Shown piece by piece: positions 33,701-43,100 of a stretch of DNA of 64,000 bases. Both the position numbers and the translations under genes were made by a program. The first letter of the stretch is position 1. The number at the start of each line of letters is the position of its first letter. Origin of the DNA: Candidatus Oxydemutatoraceae bacterium (lineage in GTDB: Bacteria; Pseudomonadota; Gammaproteobacteria; Poriferisulfidales; Oxydemutatoraceae). The notes under the pieces are model-generated. The model saw nothing but the letters and a program-made list of their open reading frames with translations. It was not told where the DNA came from and did not search any database. The DNA is taken from assembly GCA_965220085.1 (NCBI GenBank), contig CBDCOZ010000003.1, positions 1,792,001-1,856,000 of the forward strand, read 5' to 3'.

Positions 33701-33873
33701 AGACCGTCGTCGTCAATGTCGTAGTCTCTCGGCGCTTGCGCGACCGCGGATGTGTGAAAGAATGAGACTGCGAGCGCCAGAATCAGCGCGCCCGTTTTCG
33801 GCAACAGGCAGAGGAATCCGGAGAGGGCATGGAATATGCGCCTTGCGCGGTTGATTTTAGCCATTACTTGCAT
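21745..33873 (-). CDS. Giant secreted cadherin-repeat adhesin B (4042 aa): signal peptide, one GLUG/FN3 head, ~33 cadherin-like repeats, C-terminal LKLRLRLFLEGPLR
   Basis: ORF 21745..34053. Start moved to the ATG at 33873 (MQVMAKINRARR...TSAVA|QAPRDYDIDDDGLI) because it aligns with gene A's start and has GGAG upstream. Shows GNGHTI.NL and GGLIG repeats, an FN3-like LAWTAP..YHIYRD..YHVAAV segment and LDYE cadherin motifs. Confidence 0.92.
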   Translation of the reverse strand: MQVMAKINRARRIFHALSGFLCLLPKTGALILALAVSFFHTSAVAQAPRDYDIDDDGLIDITTVEQLNVMRFDPAGTGLSKDDSSSYRVWSREFGNNQSSCPGGAGECLGYELTKDLDFTDPASYGGGIVLPYYTDADRGGPIEGFQPIGDAFARWGGKLEGNGHTIYNLFQNDIAGRGNAGLFGGISGGTDGAAGACDKGCVSNLGVTGSITSGSGASVPASGTNANRIGGIAGLMNGQGGLRARIENSWSAVRIEGGNEVGSLVGFGRGLEVVASYATGRARVYGDGAAAQVTTNWAGGLIGNLDGRGGSFLEDSYATGYVDASDGAMPASGGLLGTNSRTSVPIRRSYSTARIAPADENGGGVIGAYVGIDATAVVWDTETSRKDNAAGNGIAIAGISGHATAELQAPTTRADIYANWNPTANERWDFGAASQYPALKVDFNGDGEPTWQEFGFQLREGPRDLIAFGIGGHAALAWTAPPIPPEWDPPPIITYHIYRDEAALANDTAGTPSTNTIYVDDSITAGARYAYHVAAVIHGGEAARSATISVDVLRITDTDATGDVNTATIAENATAGVAATGVMPEVRDPDGNVVSDVTWGLIDAEDLFEISSASGVITLIADNTLDYETSTRHTVTVTAEADGYITGALELTINVLNVLEELRIANRGSGAIAIAENATAGAVVPGIALTVSDEGGAAVSGVTWSLPYASGLFAIDSASGVISLIASGSLDYETLPNHYAVVARAAKDGVISIGLGLTIAEADIDDTLPQLRIIDTDTTGDANTATIAENATADTAIAGVTLAAQDPAGVAVSSATWSLTDPSGLFAIDSADGAITLAADNTLNYEASTRHAVTVTAMASGYASSGVTLTINVLNVLETLTIANGGNGAIELAENATTGTAVPGIALTTSDESGNAVSGAEWSLTDDAGGLFAITSNTGVITLEGALNYEAATQHAVMAQATKDGIDSNILSLSIGVTNVGAPNAPETLTIADSDTGDNTIAENAPVGTVVPGIALTASDEGGNLISGVEWSLSNDAGGRFAITTGGEVTVAGALDYETDTSHAIEARASTATAVATLSLTIAVENVPETLTVRDRNADANTIAENAGAGSRVLGISLEAKDEANVAVTSGLVWSLIDNPNGLFSVDSAGIIRLVAANSLDYEASSQHTVTVRVSKEGIHSNIASLVISVGDINEDIAIVDITDNDNLARVSESAATGTAVSGLELVARGADGARLSVIWSLPNNAGGLFAIDGSSGVIAVAAALDYETAREHRLRVRATLGGVSAEIEAEVRVENVLEALTIANGGSGAIEIAENAPVGAVVPGIALTASDEGGNLISGAEWSLSNDAGGRFAITTGGEVTVAGALDYETDTSHAIEARASTATAVATLSLTIAVENVPETLTITDSDTTDNTVAENAPVGAVVAGIALTASDEGGNLISGAEWSLSNDAGGRFAITTGGEVTVAGALDYETDTSHAIEARASTATAVATLSLTIAVENVPETLTITDSDTTDNTIAENAPVGAVVAGIALTASDEGGNLISGAEWSLSNDAGGRFAITTGGEVTVAGALDYETDTSHAIEARASTATAVATLSLTIAVENVPETLTITDSDTTDNTVAENAPVGAVVAGIALTASDEGGNLISGAEWSLSNDAGGRFAITTGGEVTVAGALDYETDTSHAIEARASTATAVATLSLTIAVENVPETLTITDSDITDNTVAENAPVGAVVAGIALTASDEGGNLISGAEWSLSNDAGGRFAITTGGEVTVAGALDYETDTSHAIEARASTATAVATLSLTIAVENVPETLTITDSDTTDNTVAENAPVGAVVAGIALTASDEGGNLISGAEWSLSNDAGGRFAITTGGEVTVAGALDYETDTSHAIEARASTATAVATLSLTIAVENVPETLTITDSDITDNTVAENAPVGAVVAGIALTASDEGGNLISGAEWSLSNDAGGRFAITTGGEVTVAGALDYETDTSHAIEARASTATAVATLSLTIAVENVPETLTITDSDTTDNTVAENAPVGAVVAGIALTASDEGGNLISGAEWSLSNDAGGRFAITTGGEVTVAGALDYETDTSHAIEARASTATAVATLSLTIAVENVPETLTVRDRNADANTIAENAGAGSRVLGISLEAKDEANVAVTSGLVWSLIDNPNGLFSVDSAGIIRLVAANSLDYEASSQHTVTVRVSKEGIHSNIASLVISVGDINEDIAIVDITDNDNLARVSESAATGTAVSGLELVARGADGARLSVIWSLPNNAGGLFAIDGSSGVIAVAAALDYETAREHRLRVRATLGGVSAEIEAEVRVENVLEALTIANGGSGAIEIAENAPVGAVVPGIALTASDEGGNLISGAEWSLTDDAGNLFAITSNTGVIAVAGELNYEAATQHAVMAQATKDGIDSNILSLSIGVISVGVTNAPESLTIADGNAGDNAIAENAPVGAVVPGIALTASDEGGAAVSGVEWSLTDDAGGLFSITIGGEVRVAAALDFETAQSHTITAQASTGTVVNTLALTIAVENVPETLTIANADADAIELAENAPVGAAVPGIALTASDEGGAAVSGVEWSLTDDAGGLFAITSNTGVIAVAGELNYEAATQHAVVAQATKDGIDSNQLTLAIAVTDIDESLPQLRITDADATGDANTATIAENATTGTAIADVTLAAQDPGGASVTGVTWSLTDPAHPDLFAIDSADGAITLVASDTLDYETARSHSVTVTAETAGYQPAVVTLTINILNVLETLTIANAGIGAIEIAENATTGTMVPGITLTATDEGGNAVSGVEWNLTDDAGGLFAITSNTGAITTEGELNYEASTQHPVTVRATKDGIDSNEPNLTIVVTNVAEPLTIIDSDTAANAIAENAVANMPVTGIALQALDEAGDAVSAVTWSIASAPPGLFAIDADGAIRLSASNTLDYETSTAHTAEARATASGIRSDPLPLTIMVTDFDETIVPPTVSDADPAPNAIAENSTDTIVSGIMLAATRDGNPLSGIAWILTDDADGLFAIAAATGVIKTATDRAPDYEAAASHGVTAVAIAADGSIVALDLPIEVRNVAESLTIVDSDTDANAIAENAPPGTAATGIALRAHEDGLPLTAGEGFLWRLSDDAGGLFAITTGGEVTAAGALDYESTPTHSVTVRAVAGAVVSDDLTLTIAVGNVPESLTIIDSDTSANTIAENSAIGTAVTGINLQAHEGSLPLTAGEDFLWSLSDDAGGLFSITTGGEVTAAGALDYETATSHTIEARASTGAVVDTLTLTINILNAPEPLTIIDSDTAANAIAENAVANMPVTGIALQALDEAGDAVSAVTWSIASAPPGLFAIDADGAIRLSASNTLDYETSTAHTAEARATASGIRSDPLPLTIMVTDFDETIVPPTVSDADPAPNAIAENSTDTIVSGIMLAATRDGNPLSGIAWILTDDADGLFAIAAATGVIKTATDRAPDYEAAASHGVTAVAIAADGSIVALDLPIEVRNVAESLTIVDSDTDANAIAENAPPGTAVTGIALRAHEGSLPLTSGAGFAWEMTDTAADLFAIDPVSGEITAAGALDHESTPTHSVTVRAVAGAVVSNDLALTINILDAPDALTIVDSDATTNTVVENAATGTAVTGITLQARDEMGMPVTAVTWSVASAPAGLFAISSANSALLIVAGALDYESAPTHSVTVRAVAGAVVSNDLALTISVLNVAEALTVANSGNGAIELAEDAPVGTAVPGIALRAHEDGLPLTGGTDFIWGLSDDAGGLFAIAPDSGVVTLAGELDYETTPTHTITARASTGAVSATIDVIIAVIDIDETPSPQVAYTATIAEDATSGTAIAGVALAAQVVGGATVGSVTWSLGDPNDPDLFAISAGGGIITLIASGALDYETAHSHSVTVTAAAAGYEPVTMPLRIRVINVLESLAIADSNATTNTVVENAATGTAVTGITLTVRDEGNRAVSGMTWSLASAPNGLFAIDPDSGEVTVAGALDYEASTAHTVIVRATKDAVASDDLEMTIEVLNDPTDDDGTEPPEPALKLRLRLFLEGPLR
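23298..25300. repeat. Near-identical ~740-bp block duplicated at 1263-bp offset
   Basis: 23298-24040 matches 24561-25300; shadow ORFs at 23381/24644 and 23525/24788 are identical. Confidence 0.9.
26757..30783. repeat. About 8 tandem 306-bp repeats (27520-29900) bracketed by a ~950-bp block duplicated at 3078-bp offset
   Basis: The unit recurs at 27604, 27910, 28216, 28522, 28828, 29134, 29440 and 29746. 26757-27705 matches 29835-30783. Confidence 0.92.
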
Positions 33874-34161
33874 GAAATTTCCGGACACTTTCTCCCTGCC
33901 CCTCGGGGGGCGAACGGCTATGCTGATGATGATGGTGATGATGACGATTTTCTCCCCGCCCCTTCGGGGGGCGAACACTGCGACGATGCAATGGGAGTCA
34001 TTGTACCTTGATTTGTGGCGGAAGGCGCATGGAGCATTGAGCGAACACTGCAACGACGCAATGGAATCCGTTGTGCTTCAGAGCGAGGAAAGCGGCTCAC
34101 ATCGGCATATTCCGTATGGCTATCCGACTGACTCCACAGCCCTTCTCCCTGCGGGAGAGTA
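33874..34161 (-). promoter_or_regulatory. Conserved spacer/leader of adhesin B, with an internal direct repeat and a TACAAT -10-like box
   Basis: 'gcgaacactgc(g/a)acga(t/c)gcaatgg' occurs at 33971 and 34041. A homologous 'gcaacgatgcaata..ttattgtacct' lies upstream of gene A (21037-21066). On the minus strand both genes have AGGTACAAT. Confidence 0.5.
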
Positions 34162-37100
34162 TTATCGCAGGGGGCCTTCCAGGAAGAGGCGCAGACGCAA
34201 CCTCAGCACGCTGGCTGCCTCTTGCACAGTTATTGTCAGCGACAATTCGTTTGAGTCTATGCCGTCCTTGCTCGCCTGCGCCCTGACCGTGTGTTGCGTT
34301 GCCGCCGCGTAGTCCAATGCGCCCTCTGCGGTTATCACGCCGCTGTTACTCGTGATGGCAAACAAGCTGCCTGCGTCATCGGTCAGCATCCATTCCGCTC
34401 CGGTTATCACCTCGTCATTCTCGGTCGCTACCAGATTGATGCCCGGCACTACGGTGCCGGCGGGCGCATTCTCGGCCAGTTCTATCGCACCGCTGCCGCC
34501 GTTTGCTATCGTCAATGTCTCCAGCACATTCAATACATTGATTGTCAGTTCCAGCGTCGCTGTCATAAAACCGGCGGCGGCGGCGGTTACCGTTACGCTA
34601 TGGTTGCGCGCACCTATGTCTTCGTAGTCCAGCGTGTCGCTCGCTGCCAAAGTGATGACACCGCTGGTACTGCCTATCGCGAACAAGCTGCTCGGATCGG
34701 TCAGGCTCCAGGTCGCACTACTTACGGCAGTGCCATCGGTATCTTGTGCCGCCAATGTCACACCTGCTATCGCCGTGCCCGCCGTCGCATCCTCCGCTAT
34801 CGTCGCCGTGTTGGCAGCGCCTGTCGTATCGGTGTCCGCAATCTGCAACTGCGGCAGGGTCTCGTCAATATCTGTTACGGCGATGGTCAGGGTTAGTTGA
34901 TTCGAATCTATGCCGTCTTTGCTCGCCTGCGCCGTGACCGTGTGTTGCGTTGCCGCCGCGTAGTCCAATGCGCCCTCTGCGGTTATCACGCCGGTGTTGC
35001 TCGTGATGGCAAACAAGCTATCCGCGTCATCGGTCAGGCTCCATGTCAGGTCGGTTACCGGACGACCGCCTTCATCGCTCGCCGTCAGAGCAATGCCCGG
35101 CACCACGGTGCCGACGGGCGCATTCTCGGCCAGTTCTATCGCACCGCTGCCGCCGTTTGCTATCGTCAATGTCTCCAGCACATTCTCCACAGTTACCGTT
35201 ATTGAGAATGCGACCGAAGTCACTCCGTCTTTCGCGGCTTGCGCCATTAATGTGTGGCTCTCCCCGCCAGCCGCTTCAAAATTCAATGCGCCAGCCACCG
35301 TCACTTCGCCGCCGGTGCTAATCGCAAACAGGCCGCCCGCGTTATCAGGCAGACTCCATGTCAGGTCGGTTACCGGACGACCGCCTTCGTCGCTCACTGT
35401 CAGAGCAATGCCCGGCACCACGGTGCCGACGGGCGCATTCTCGGCCAGTTCTATCGCACCGCTGCCGCCGTTTGCTATCGTCAATGTCTCCAGCACATTC
35501 TCCACAGTTACCGTTATTGAGAATGCGACCGAAGTCACTCCGTCTTTCGCGGCTTGCGCCATTAATGTGTGGCTCTCCCCGCCAGCCGCTTCAAAATTCA
35601 ATGCGCCAGCCACCGTCACTTCGCCGCCGGTGCTAATCGCAAACAGGCCGCCAGCGTTATCAGGCAGACTCCATGTCAGGTCGGTTACCGGACGACCGCC
35701 TTCGTCGCTCACTGTCAGAGCAATGCCCGGCACCACGGTGCCGGCGGGCGCATTCTCGGCCAGTTCTATCGCACCGCTGCCGCCGTTTGCTATCGTCAAT
35801 GTCTCCAGCACATTCTCCACAGTTACCGTTATTGAGAATGCGACCGAAGTCACGCCGTCTTTCGTGGCTTGCGCCATTAATGTGTGGCTCTCCCCGCCAG
35901 CCGCTTCAAAATTCAATGCGCCAGCCACCGTCACTTCGCCGCCGGTGCTAATCGCAAACAGGCCGCCCGCGTTATCAGGCAGACTCCATGTCAGGTCGGT
36001 TACCGGACGACCGCCTTCGTCGCTCACTGTCAGAGCAATGCCCGGCACCACGGTGCCGGCGGGCGCATTCTCGGCCAGTTCTATCGCACCGCTGCCGCCG
36101 TTTGCTATCGTCAATGTCTCCAGCACATTCTCCACAGTTACCGTTATTGAGAATGCGACCGAAGTCACTCCGTCTTTCGCGGCTTGCGCCATTAATGTGT
36201 GGCTCTCCCCGCCAGCCGCTTCAAAATTCAATGCGCCAGCCACCGTCACTTCGCCGCCGGTGCTAATCGCAAACAGGCCGCCCGCGTTATCAGGCAGACT
36301 CCATGTCAGGTCGGTTACCGGACGACCGCCTTCGTCGCTCGCCGTCAGAGCAATGCCCGGCACCACGGTGCCGGCGGGCGCATTCTCGGCCAGTTCTATC
36401 GCACCGCTGCCGCCGTTTGCTATCGTCAATGTCTCCAGCACATTCTCCACAGTTACCGTTATTGAGAATGCGACCGAAGTCACTCCGTCTTTCGCGGCTT
36501 GCGCCATTAATGTGTGGCTCTCCCCGCCAGCCGCTTCAAAATTCAATGCGCCAGCCACCGTCACTTCGCCGCCAGTGCTAATCGCAAACAGGCCGCCAGC
36601 GTTATCAGGCAGACTCCATGTCAGGTCGGTTACCGGACGACCGCCTTCGTCGCTCACTGTCAGAGCAATGCCCGGCACCACGGTGCCGGCGGGCGCATTC
36701 TCGGCCAGTTCTATCGCACCGCTGCCGCCGTTTGCTATCGTCAATGTCTCCAGCACATTCTCCACAGTTACCGTTATTGAGAATGCGACCGAAGTCACTC
36801 CGTCTTTCGCGGCTTGCGCCATTAATGTGTGGCTCTCGCCGCCAACCGCTTCAAAATTCAATGCGCCAGCCACCGTCACTTCGCCGCCAGTGCTAATCGC
36901 AAACAGGCCGCCAGCGTTATCAGGCAGACTCCATGTCAGGTCGGTTACCGGACGACCGCCTTCGTCGCTCACTGTCAGAGCAATGCCCGGCACCACGGTG
37001 CCGACGGGCGCATTCTCGGCCAGTTCTATCGCACCGCTGCCGCCGTTTGCTATCGTCAATGTCTCCAGCACATTCTCCACAGTTATCGTTATTGAGAATG

Positions 37101-40100
37101 CGGCCGAAGTCACTCCGTCTTTCGCGGCTTGCGCCATTAATGTGTGACTCTCGCCGCCAACCGCTTCAAAATCCAAATCGCCGGCCACACTGATTACGCC
37201 TGTGTTAGTCGCAATCGCAAACAGGCCGCTTGCATCATCAGGCAGACTCCATGTCAGGTCGGTTACCGCATTGCTGCCTTCGTCACTCGCCGTCAGAGTG
37301 ACACCGCTCACTTCGGCGCCGATCGTTGCATTCTCCGCAATGGTATTGGCGTCGGCGTCGCTATCCGCTACCGTCAGCGTCTCCAGCACATTCGTTACGT
37401 TTATTGTCAGTGTCACTATGGCAGGCTGATAACCGTCGGCTTCGGCGGTTACCGTTACGCTATGGCTACGCGCGGTTTCGTAGTCCAGCGTGTTGCTCGC
37501 AACCAAAGTAATCTCGCCGTTGGCACTGTCTATTGCAAACAAGCCGCTCGGATCGGTCAGGCTCCAGACCGCTCCGCTCACAACATTGCTATCAGCGTCT
37601 TGTGCCGCCAGTGTCACATCCGCTATCGCAGCGTCTGCCGACGCATCCTCCGCTATCGTCGCAGTGTTGGCATCGCCTGTCGCATCGGTGTCCGCAATCT
37701 GCAACTGCGGCAGGCTCTCGTCAATATCCGTTACGGCGATGGTCAGAGATAGCTCATTGGAATCTATGCCGTCCTTTGTCGCTTGTACCATAACCGTGTG
37801 GTGCGTTGATGTCTCGTAATCCAGTTCGCCTGTCACTGTGATGACACCGCCGGTATCAATCCCGAACAAACCGGTCGGGGCGCTCGCCAAGCTCCAAATC
37901 AGCCCTTCTGTCAGCGGCCTGCCGCCTTCGTCGGTCACTGTCAGAGCAATGCCCGGCACCACGGTGCCGGCGGGCGCATTCTCAGCCAGTTCTATCGCAC
38001 CGCTGCCGCCGTTTGCTATCGTCAATGTCTCCAGCACATTCTCCACAGTTACCGTTATTGAGAATGCGACCGAAGTCACTCCGTCTTTCGCGGCTTGCGC
38101 CATTAATGTGTGGCTCTCCCCGCCAGCCGCTTCAAAATTCAATGCGCCAGCCACCGTGACCTCGCCGCCAGTGCTAATCGCAAACAGGCCGCCAGCGTTA
38201 TCAGGCAGACTCCATGTCAGGTCGGTTACCGGACGACCGCCTTCGTCGGTCACTGTCAGAGCAATGCCCGGCACCACGGTGCCGACGGGCGCATTCTCAG
38301 CCAGTTCTATCGCACCGCTGCCGCCGTTTGCTATCGTCAATGTCTCCAGCACATTCTCCACAGTTACCGTTATTGAGAATGCGACCGAAGTCACTCCGTC
38401 TTTCGCGGCTTGCGCCATTAATGTGTGGCTCTCCCCGCCAGCCGCTTCAAAATTCAATGCGCCAGCCACCGTCACTTCGCCGCCAGTGCTAATCGCAAAC
38501 AGGCCGCCAGCGTTATCAGGCAGACTCCATGTCAGGTCGGTTACCGGACGACCGCCTTCGTCGCTCACTGTCAGAGCAATGCCCGGCACCACGGTGCCGG
38601 CGGGCGCATTCTCCGCAATGGCATTGGCGCCAGTGTCGCTATCCGCTATCGTCAATGTCTCCAGCACATTCTCCACAGTTATCGTTATTGAGAATGCGAC
38701 CGAAGTCACTCCGTCTTTCGCGGCTTGCGCCATTAATGTGTGGCTCTCGCCGCCAGCCGCTTCAAAATCCAAATCGCCGGCCACACTGATTACGCCTGTG
38801 TCAGTCGCAATCGCAAACAGGCCGCTTGCATCATCAGGCAGACCCCATGTCAGGTCGGTTACCGCATTGCTGCCTTCGTCACTCGCCGTCAGAGTGATGC
38901 CGCTCACTTCAGTGCCGATCGTTGCATTCTCCGCAATGGCATTGTCGCCAGTATCGCTATCCGCTACCGTCAGTGTCTCCAGTACATTCAATACATTTAT
39001 TGTCAGTGCCAGTGTCGCAGACTGATAACCGCTGGCTTCGGCTGTTACCGTTACGCTATGGCTGCGCGCGGTTTCGTAGTCCAGTGTCTTGCCCGCAATC
39101 AATGTAATCTCTCCGTTAGCGCTGTCTATTGCAAATGAGCCGCTCGGATCGGTCAGGCTCCAAGTCACTCCGCTTACAACATTGCTATCAGCGTCTTGTG
39201 CCGCCAGCGTTACATCCGCTATCGCAGTGCCTCCCGTTGCCGACTCCGCTATCGTCGCTGTGTTGGCATCGCCCGCCGCATCGGTGTCCGCAATCTGCAA
39301 CTGCGGCAAGGTCTCGTCAATATCTGTTACGGCGATGGTCAGAGATAGCTCATTGGAATCTATGCCGTCCTTGCTCGCCTGCGCCCTGACCGTGTGTTGC
39401 GTTGCCGCCGCGTAGTCCAATGCGCCCTCTGCGGTTATCACGCCGGTGTTACTCGTGATGGCAAACAAGCTGCCTGCGTCATCGGTCAGGCTCCAGACCA
39501 CTCCGCTTACCATATTGCTACCTTCGTCGCTCACTGTCAGAGCAATGCCCGGCACCACGGTGCCGACGGGCGCATTCTCAGCCAGTTCTATCGCACCGCT
39601 GCCGCCGTTTGCTATCGTCAATGTCTCCAGCACATTCTCCACAGTTATCGTTATTGAGAATGCGACCGAAGTCACTCCGTCTTTCGCGGCTTGCGCCATT
39701 AATGTGTGGCTCTCCCCGCCAGCCGCTTCAAAATTCAATGCGCCAGCCACCGTCACTTCGCCGCCGGCGCTAATCGCAAACAGGCCGCCAGCGTTATCAG
39801 GCAGACTCCATGTCAGGTCGGTTACCGCGTTGTTGCCTTCGTCACTCGCCGTCAGAGCAATGCCCGGCACCACGGCGCCGGCGGTCGCATTCTCGGCAAG
39901 CTCTATCGCACCGCTGCCGCTGTTTGCTACTGTCAGCGTCTCCAATACATTCAATACATTTATTGTCAGGGTCAGCGTGGCAGACCGATAACTGCCGGCT
40001 TCGGCTGTTACCGTTACGCTATGGCTACGCGCACCGGTGTCTTCGTAGTCCAGCGTGTCGCTCGCAATCAAAGTGATTGCGCCACTGGTACTGTTTATTG

Positions 40101-43100
40101 TAAATAGGTCGGGGTCAGCCGGATCGCTCAGGCTCCAGGTCACTCCGCTTACAACATTGCCATCGGGGCCTTGTGCCGCCAGCATCACATCCGCTATCGC
40201 AGTGCCTCCCGTTGCCGACTCCGCTATCGTCGCTGTGTTGGCATCGCCCGTCGTATCGGTATCGACCACCTTCAGCGCCTCGACGCTAACCGTTGCGGAA
40301 CGGGTTATCTCGCCGCCGCGAATGACCGCCGCGACATGATAGGTTTGACCGACGCTCGCGGTGATGCTGTCGTCAATATAGCTTGTGTTCGTTGACGGCA
40401 TCCCGGCAGTGCCATTCGCCAGCGCCGCCCCGTCGCGGTAGATGTGGTACGTAATCGTCGGCGGCGGGTTCCATTCCGGCGGTATCGTCGGTGCGGTCCA
40501 ATCCACTGTCACCCGCCCGCTGCTCTCAAGCGCGACCAGGTCTTGCGGGCCTTCGCGCAACTGGTAGCCGAACTCTTGCCAACTCACCATGCCGTCGTTG
40601 TCAAAGTCAACCTTCAGCGCCGGGTATTGGCTCGCGCTGCCGAAGTCCCAGTAATCGCTGTTCCCGCCGTCGTTCCAACCGACGTAAATGCCGTCATAGC
40701 CGGTCGGTGTTTGCAACTCGGCGGACGTCTTGCCCTCAATTCCGGATGCAGAGCCAAGCAATATCTCACCAATCGCAACCGTCTTGCCCGATGTTTCGGT
40801 ATCCCAATATATCGCCGTCGTTACAAAGTTACTGCTGATACTCGTTCCGCCCAAACCGCCACCCTCCGTTGTGTCAGAGACAACCAATCCAGTGGCATAA
40901 GCGTACTTCAGTTGCAACTGCCCTATACTGCCTAACAGACCACCAGCCACACTCAAAGTATCCGGCGCACTGACAAAACCAGTCGCGTAGACATGCTCTA
41001 CTTGAGCACTGGACAAACGACCTTGAGCATTACCTATCAGGCCACCCATATTGTCGATGCCACTTACAATACCGCTTGCATAACTCAAACGCACTGTGCC
41101 ACCATCGTTAAGACCCAGCAGCGAACCAGCATTTGTGCCGCTTACCGACACCGTTGAGTACGATTGCTCTATCGTGCCTGCGCCCAACTCTCCGACCAAG
41201 CCACCGACACTGTCGCCATCGCCCAAGACCGAACCGGTCACGCCGATATTTGACACCGTACTGTTACGGCCAATAGAATCAAATAAACTCAGATTTCTTC
41301 CGGGGCCGCGGTTAATATAGAGGCTATATATGGTGTGACCGTTGCCGTTGAATGTTGCCATAAAGTTATCAGAGTCATCCCCTATCGGTATCCAGCCCGG
41401 GTCACTCGTCCAGCCGCTCTTGTTCTCGGCGGCATCGCTGTAGCTGGCATCGTCGTCAAAGTCCAAATCATTCAGCAACTCGTAGCCGAGGCAGACATCG
41501 GGGCAGCCCATGTTGGCTCTGGCATCAGGGAATGCCTTCGTATATGTCGATGTGCTCTCGCTAGGTACTCCGTTACCGTCAAGGTCAAACCGGATTGCAT
41601 CAAGTTGCTCTAAAGTTGTCACTTCAATCAAGCCATTTTGGTCTTGATCATAGACTATCGTAATCGGCACGGCAAATTGAACCGCAGTGCGAACCGCCTC
41701 GCCGCCGTTGACAACAGCGGCAACGCTGTAGCTGATGTCAGAACCTTCGGCCACTTCGGTATCATCGGCATAACTCAATGTCGTAATGCCAATGGCGGTA
41801 GTGGCAACACCGTTGCGATACACGTTATAAGTAATCTCCGGCGCGGGCGACCAGTGGCTTGTGTCGGGCGCCGTCCAACTCAATGTTCTGGATGCGGCGC
41901 TGCCGATTGTCGTCACCGTCGGGCCTTCGCGTAACTGATAACCGAATCTCTGCCAACTCGGATCCGTATTGGGGTCGCCATCAAAGTCAACCTTCAATGC
42001 CGGGTATTGATTGGCATCGCCGAAGTCCCAGTAGTCGGTGGGATTGCCATGAGAGTCATTCGCATTCCAGTCGGCGTAGATGCCGCTGTAGCCGGTCGGC
42101 GCTCGTAACTCGGCACTCGTCGCACCGATGATTCCGGCCGCGGTTGAGGCATCCGTCCCAATCGCCTGCGCTTGCCCGGATGTGTCCGTATCCCAATAAA
42201 CCGAAGTGAAGGCCACATCAAAGTCAAAATTATTAGGAGCCAGTGCCAAAGAACTGACCAGTCCGATAACACCGCCACTTACCGCTTCGGCGTGAACCAG
42301 AGCAGTGGAATAACTGTGCCTGATATCTATATTCCCCGCATAAGATAACAAGCCGCCCGATTCGACACCGCCATGAACATGCCCGGTCGCATAGACATGC
42401 TCTACGCTGTCTCCGCCATAGCTAAACGCAATCAAACCGCTTTGATATGCGGCATCGTATACGCTGCCGCTCGCATAACTCGTACGCACCGTGCTATCCA
42501 AGCTGAAACCGACCAGCGAACCGATATAAGCTCCCTCGCTTTGGGCGGGACGCAACGATACCGTTGAATAACTGTTCTCAATAACCGTATCAGAAACAGT
42601 GCCCGCTAAGCCACCGCCGCCCCAAAAGTTACTGTTCTCACTGGTGACTTCTCCGCTTATACCGATGTTACTAATCGTCGTATCACCGATGCCGCCAAAC
42701 AAGCCGAGGGAGGCGGTGACTCTGACATTCCTCTTGATGTAAAGGTTGTGGATTGTGTGACCGTTGCCGTTGAATACCCCCGTAAAACGATCCTTTATAT
42801 CATCTCTGGTATATGTGCTGATTGGGTACCAGCCGCTCCCGCCTTCGCCCTTGCTCCAACCTTTGTCAACAGCGCCCGATGCGTAGTCAGTCGCATCGTC
42901 AAAATCCAGATCGTTCATCAACTCGTAGCCGATACAAGTGTCAGGGCAGCCCATGTTGTCGGCGGCATCGGGGAATGCCGCTACATATGTCGGCGTACTC
43001 TCGCTAGGTATCCCGTTACCGTCCAAATCAAACCGGATTGCAGCAAGTTGCTCTAAAGTTGTCACTTCAATCAAGCCATTTTGGTCTTGATCATAGACTA

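Noticed and set aside
33923-33948. Imperfect (GAT)n tract as a phase-variation switch
   Set aside because: Short, interrupted, triplet-based and absent from the paralogous leader.
33874-34053. 60-aa N-terminal extension of adhesin B in the ORF track
   Set aside because: Alignment with gene A and the signal-peptide position favour the ATG at 33873; the extension spans the conserved non-coding spacer.
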